A stretch of DNA of 32,000 bases, from positions 240,001 to 272,000 of the forward strand of contig CP100318.1 of NCBI GenBank assembly GCA_029851085.1, in the 5' to 3' direction. The notes beneath the pieces were generated by a model. The model ran no database searches. It saw nothing but the letters and a program-made list of their open reading frames with translations, and was not told the origin of the DNA. Every line of letters begins with the position of its first letter. Position 1 is the stretch's first letter. The DNA is from Candidatus Saccharimonadota bacterium. Its GTDB lineage: Bacteria > Bacteroidota > Bacteroidia > Flavobacteriales > Blattabacteriaceae. The position numbers and the translations under genes were made by a program. Below, piece by piece: positions 27,833 through 32,000 of the stretch.

Positions 27833-28621
27833 TTATTGATTTCTTCTTATATTAAGATTTATCATTTCAACTAATAATGCAAATGTTATTGTTATATATA
27901 ACACATTTTTTGGTATAGTTTTTATAGAATTATTAAATATAATAAAATTACCTATTTTAGCAGCTTCTGTAATTAACATTAATCCAATTAATAATAAAAA
28001 AGATAATACTAAAATTTGTAGAGTAGGATGATTATTTATTATATTACTAATATAATTAGAAAAACTTAACATTAGTGTCATTGTTATTATTATTCCTAAC
28101 ATTATTAAAATAATACCATTTTTATAACCAAATCCTTGAGGATAAGGTTTAAAACTAACTATACCTATAGATGTTAAAATGCTATCTAAAGAAAATACAA
28201 TATCAATTAATATAATTTGTACAATTGTCTTAAATAATGTTAAATTAGATATTTTATAATTAATAAAATTATTTTTACCTTTTAATTTATAATAAATTTC
28301 GTTAACACTTTTATAAAGTAAAAAAAATCCTCCTAATAATAAAATTAGGTTTTTATATGAAAATTCTCCTTTTATCCAACTTATATTAAAACTAATTAAT
28401 GTTTGTTTTAAATTAAAAATTAAAGTAATAAGTAATAAAAGTATTAATCTAATGAACATAGCAAAACTTAAACCTATTATTCTGGATAAATTTTGTAATT
28501 TAGGAGGTAATTTATTCGAAATAATTGATAAAAATAATAAATTATCTATTCCTAAAACAATTTCCAAAAAAATTAACATTAATAAAACAATATATGTTTT
28601 AAGATTAAAAAAGAAATCCAT
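27833..28621 (-). CDS. TerC-family integral membrane protein
   Basis: 262 aa polytopic membrane protein with LEIVLGIDNLLFLSII and IDIVFSLDSILTSIG, the TerC-family repeats. Confidence 0.8.
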   Translation of the reverse strand: MDFFFNLKTYIVLLMLIFLEIVLGIDNLLFLSIISNKLPPKLQNLSRIIGLSFAMFIRLILLLLITLIFNLKQTLISFNISWIKGEFSYKNLILLLGGFFLLYKSVNEIYYKLKGKNNFINYKISNLTLFKTIVQIILIDIVFSLDSILTSIGIVSFKPYPQGFGYKNGIILIMLGIIITMTLMLSFSNYISNIINNHPTLQILVLSFLLLIGLMLITEAAKIGNFIIFNNSIKTIPKNVLYITITFALLVEMINLNIRRNQ

Positions 28622-28640
28622 TTTTTTTTTTATAAAAATT

Positions 28641-29408
28641 TCAAATTGAGACTCTTTTAAAATTAATAATTTTAATATTTAAATTAATATTTGTAATATA
28701 TTCTTTTAAAGATATATTATTATTTTTAATAAAAGGTTGATTAATAAGTACTTTTTCTGAAAAAAAATTATTTTTTTCTTCAAAATTTTCTTTTATTTCT
28801 TTTTCAATTATTGATTTATCAACACTTTTTTCATCTAAAAAGATAGGATTCATAGCAACTACTTGCATAGCTACATTTTTATATATATCTTCTTTACAAT
28901 TAATATATTTAGAAAATCCTACTAAAGCAGCAATTCTATTTTGATGTGTATATGATGAAATATATGGAGCTTCTAATTGTTCAAAACATGTTAAAACCAA
29001 TTTTTCTTTAATTATGCTTGCTAATTCTGTTATTTTTTCTTTAACACTTAATCCATCATCAAATTTTTTTAACATTAATTCTTCTTTAGAATTACAAATA
29101 ATAGCTAATTCTGAAATTTTATTTATTAATTGTATAAATTTTTCATTTCTAGCTGCAAAATCGGTTTCTGAATTTAAAGAAATAATTATACCTTTTTTAT
29201 GATTATTACATACTTTGGTAATTACTAATCCTTTATTTGTAATGTTTTGTTGTTTTTTTATTAAAAATTCTTGTCCTTTTTTTCTTAAAAGTTTTATAGC
29301 ATGATTAAAATTTCCTTTGGTTTTTTCTAATGCTTTTTTACAATTCATTATACCTGATCCAGTTATTTTTCTTAATTTACTTATATCATCAATTGATATT
29401 TTATACAT
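28641..29408 (-). CDS. tsf: translation elongation factor Ts
   Basis: SKLRKITGSGIMNCKKALEKTKGNFNHAIKLLRKKG is the N-terminal UBA-like domain. Located downstream of rpsB. Confidence 0.9.
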   Translation of the reverse strand: MYKISIDDISKLRKITGSGIMNCKKALEKTKGNFNHAIKLLRKKGQEFLIKKQQNITNKGLVITKVCNNHKKGIIISLNSETDFAARNEKFIQLINKISELAIICNSKEELMLKKFDDGLSVKEKITELASIIKEKLVLTCFEQLEAPYISSYTHQNRIAALVGFSKYINCKEDIYKNVAMQVVAMNPIFLDEKSVDKSIIEKEIKENFEEKNNFFSEKVLINQPFIKNNNISLKEYITNINLNIKIINFKRVSI

Positions 29409-29411
29409 AAT

Positions 29412-30116
29412 TTAATTTATATTTGATTTCTTTATAGAAATACCTTCATTAATAGCTTTTGTTAGATACGAAATAATAAATTCAATTGATTTAGAAGAAT
29501 CATCATTTGCAGGTATGGGATAATCAATTTCTTTAGGATTAGAATTAGTATCTACCATTGCAAATATTGGAATATTAAGTTTTTTTGCTTCTTTAACAGC
29601 TAGATGTTCTTTATTTATATCTACTATAATAAGAGCAGATGGTAAATTATTCATTTGAGAAATAGTTCCTAATGTACGATTTAATTTTGTTTGTAATCTT
29701 TCTATAAGAAGTTGTTCTTTTTTAGAAAGTTTATCATAAATACCTTCTTTTTTATGACGATCAATGGTATTCATTTTTGTTATAGATTTACGTATAGTAA
29801 AAATATTAGTTAATAGTCCTCCTAACCAACGTTCTGTAACATAAGGCATGTTAACTTGTTGAGCATAATTAGATATTATTTTTTTTCCTTGTTTTTTAGT
29901 ACAAACAAATAATATTTTTTTTCCTGAAGATGCAATCCTTTTTAAGGGATCCCAAAATTTTATCAGATTTTTACGTGTTTTAAATAAATCTATTATATGA
30001 AGGCCTTTTTTTTCAAATAAAATATAAGATTTCATATATGGATTCCATTTATCAGTTAAATGTCCAAAATGAACTCTTGCTTTTAATAATTCTTGAATAT
30101 TTATTTCTGGTATCAT
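29412..30116 (-). CDS. rpsB: 30S ribosomal protein S2
   Basis: MIPEINIQELLKARVHFGHLTDKWNPYMKSYI...GLHIIDL. I chose the ATG at 30116-30114. The track start at 30170 adds 18 unconserved residues and overlaps rpsI. Confidence 0.9.
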   Translation of the reverse strand: MIPEINIQELLKARVHFGHLTDKWNPYMKSYILFEKKGLHIIDLFKTRKNLIKFWDPLKRIASSGKKILFVCTKKQGKKIISNYAQQVNMPYVTERWLGGLLTNIFTIRKSITKMNTIDRHKKEGIYDKLSKKEQLLIERLQTKLNRTLGTISQMNNLPSALIIVDINKEHLAVKEAKKLNIPIFAMVDTNSNPKEIDYPIPANDDSSKSIEFIISYLTKAINEGISIKKSNIN

Positions 30117-30123
30117 TTTAAAA

Positions 30124-30519
30124 TTAACGTTTTGAAAATTGGAATTTTTTACGTGCTTTTTTTCTACCATATTTTTTTCTTTCTATAATTCGTGAATCAC
30201 GTGTTAATAATCCTTTAGGTTTTAAAATAGATCTATTTTCTAAATTAATTTTGCAAAGTGCACGTGAAATAGCTAATGAAATAGCTTCTGCTTGACTATT
30301 AATTCCACCTCCAAATACTGTAATTAATATATCAAATTTATTTTGGTTATTAGTTAATATAATAGATTGTAATATTTTTACAAATAGTGAATAATGTTTT
30401 AAATATTCTTTATAAGAACGGTTATTAATTTTAATATCTCCATGTCCTTCTTTCAAGTAAATTCTAGCAATTGCACATTTTCTTCTGCCTATGGTATGAA
30501 TAATATTTTTTTCTTCCAT
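30124..30519 (-). CDS. rpsI: 30S ribosomal protein S9
   Basis: GRRKCAIARIYLKEG.G.I.IN and the C-terminus LTRDSRIIERKKYGRKKARKKFQFSKR. Confidence 0.93.
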   Translation of the reverse strand: MEEKNIIHTIGRRKCAIARIYLKEGHGDIKINNRSYKEYLKHYSLFVKILQSIILTNNQNKFDILITVFGGGINSQAEAISLAISRALCKINLENRSILKPKGLLTRDSRIIERKKYGRKKARKKFQFSKR

Positions 30520-30523
30520 TTAA

Positions 30524-30961
30524 TTAAAATAAAATTTTAGGTTTTTGAGCGTAATGATTATGTTTTGATCCAACATATATATGTAAATTTTTAAGAAATT
30601 GTTTTCTTAACCTATTTTTAGGTAACATTCCTTTTATTGATTTTTCTAAAATTTTTTTAGGATTTTTTTTGAATAAATCTTTAAAAAGAATTGTTTTTTT
30701 CCCTCCTGGATATCCAGTATAAGTAATATATGTTTTATTATTCCATTTTTTTCCAGTTAGTTTAATTTTATCAACATTTATAATAATAATATTGTCTCCT
30801 ATATTAACATTATCAATAAAATATGGTTTATGTTTTCCTCTTATTAATAGAGCAATTTGTGAAGATAATCTTCCTAGAATTTTATTTTTTGCATCTATAA
30901 TATACCATTCTTTTTTTATTGATTTTTTATTTGAAATGGTTTTAAAACTTAAAGTATCCAT
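30524..30961 (-). CDS. rplM: 50S ribosomal protein L13
   Basis: EWYIIDAKNKILGRLSSQIALLIRGKHKP and YTGYPGG. It forms an rplM-rpsI-rpsB-tsf block. Confidence 0.93.
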   Translation of the reverse strand: MDTLSFKTISNKKSIKKEWYIIDAKNKILGRLSSQIALLIRGKHKPYFIDNVNIGDNIIIINVDKIKLTGKKWNNKTYITYTGYPGGKKTILFKDLFKKNPKKILEKSIKGMLPKNRLRKQFLKNLHIYVGSKHNHYAQKPKILF

Positions 30962-31062
30962 AATAATAAATAAAAGTATAATAAATAATAATTATAAAAA
31001 AATAAAATGACAAAAAGTCCTTTTATATTAATGGCATGATGATTGAATAATAACGATTCTTA

Positions 31063-31106
31063 AATGCTACAAGATTATGTAGTTAATGCTACAAGATTAT
31101 GTAGTT
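31063..31106 (+). repeat. perfect 22-bp tandem repeat (aatgctacaagattatgtagtt x2), each copy containing the palindrome ctaca-N6-tgtag
   Basis: 31063-31084 is identical to 31085-31106. The array ends 32 nt upstream of the dnaK ATG, in the rplM/dnaK divergent intergenic region. Confidence 0.9.
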
Positions 31107-31123
31107 TTAAAAAATTGAAATAA

Positions 31124-32000
<877 letters not shown>

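Noticed and set aside
28622-28640. A Mn-sensing yybP-ykoY type riboswitch, which often precedes TerC-family genes.
   Set aside because: Only 19 nt, mostly an A run, separate the terC start from the tsf stop. There is no room for a structured leader.
30117-30170. The longer rpsB start at 30170 given by the ORF track, which overlaps rpsI by 47 nt.
   Set aside because: The extra 18 residues (MVEKKHVKNSNFQNVNFK) are unconserved. The internal ATG at 30116 gives the canonical S2 N-terminus and removes the overlap.
31008-31040. A 10-codon mini-ORF (MTKSPFILMA) in the rplM/dnaK intergenic region, considered as a possible leader peptide.
   Set aside because: It is too short, has no evident ribosome-binding context or conservation signal, and such ORFs are expected by chance.

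Overview
The window is extremely A+T-rich (roughly four-fifths A+T by eye), gene-dense and made up almost entirely of housekeeping genes. It looks like a reduced genome of a Bacteroidota (Flavobacteriales-type) intracellular symbiont. Supporting this lineage call: a short, roughly 300 aa primary sigma factor, a DUF3276/PUR-like protein, a long-form NusB, a MurF-like/Alr fusion remnant and an ileS / dksA-like / lspA block. A Blattabacterium-like organism is my guess only. I can support 33 protein-coding genes: asd, a TrmH-family methyltransferase, rnhA, tatC, ychF, smpB, an orphan secreted protein, tsaD, rpmE, ubiE, rpsO, pnp, rpoD, DUF3276, nusB, mnmG, ybeY, alr, rsmI, recJ, a superoxide dismutase, lspA, a dksA-like gene, ileS, an esterase, sucC, dnaX, terC, tsf, rpsB, rpsI, rplM and dnaK. 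There are also six tRNAs: Val-GAC, Arg-TCT, Pro-TGG, Ser-GCT, His-GTG and Cys-GCA. I see no mobile elements, CRISPR array, rRNA, or any defence, toxin or secretion gene cluster, so I cannot honestly claim a novel multi-gene system. The observations worth a second look are listed here. (1) rnhA and tatC are each interrupted at an A10 tract, and both need exactly one extra A to restore a conserved reading frame. (2) A roughly 270 bp composite 12/13/21-bp repeat array builds a lysine-rich tail on the DksA/TraR-like protein and continues past its stop codon to the lspA start. (3) A 416 aa orphan protein has a signal peptide, an N/D/K-rich composition and an internal 27-codon tandem duplication. 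(4) The alr gene carries an N-terminally truncated MurF-like domain. (5) A perfect 22-bp tandem repeat with an internal palindrome lies just upstream of dnaK. (6) The nusB frame stays open through the antisense tRNA-His gene.
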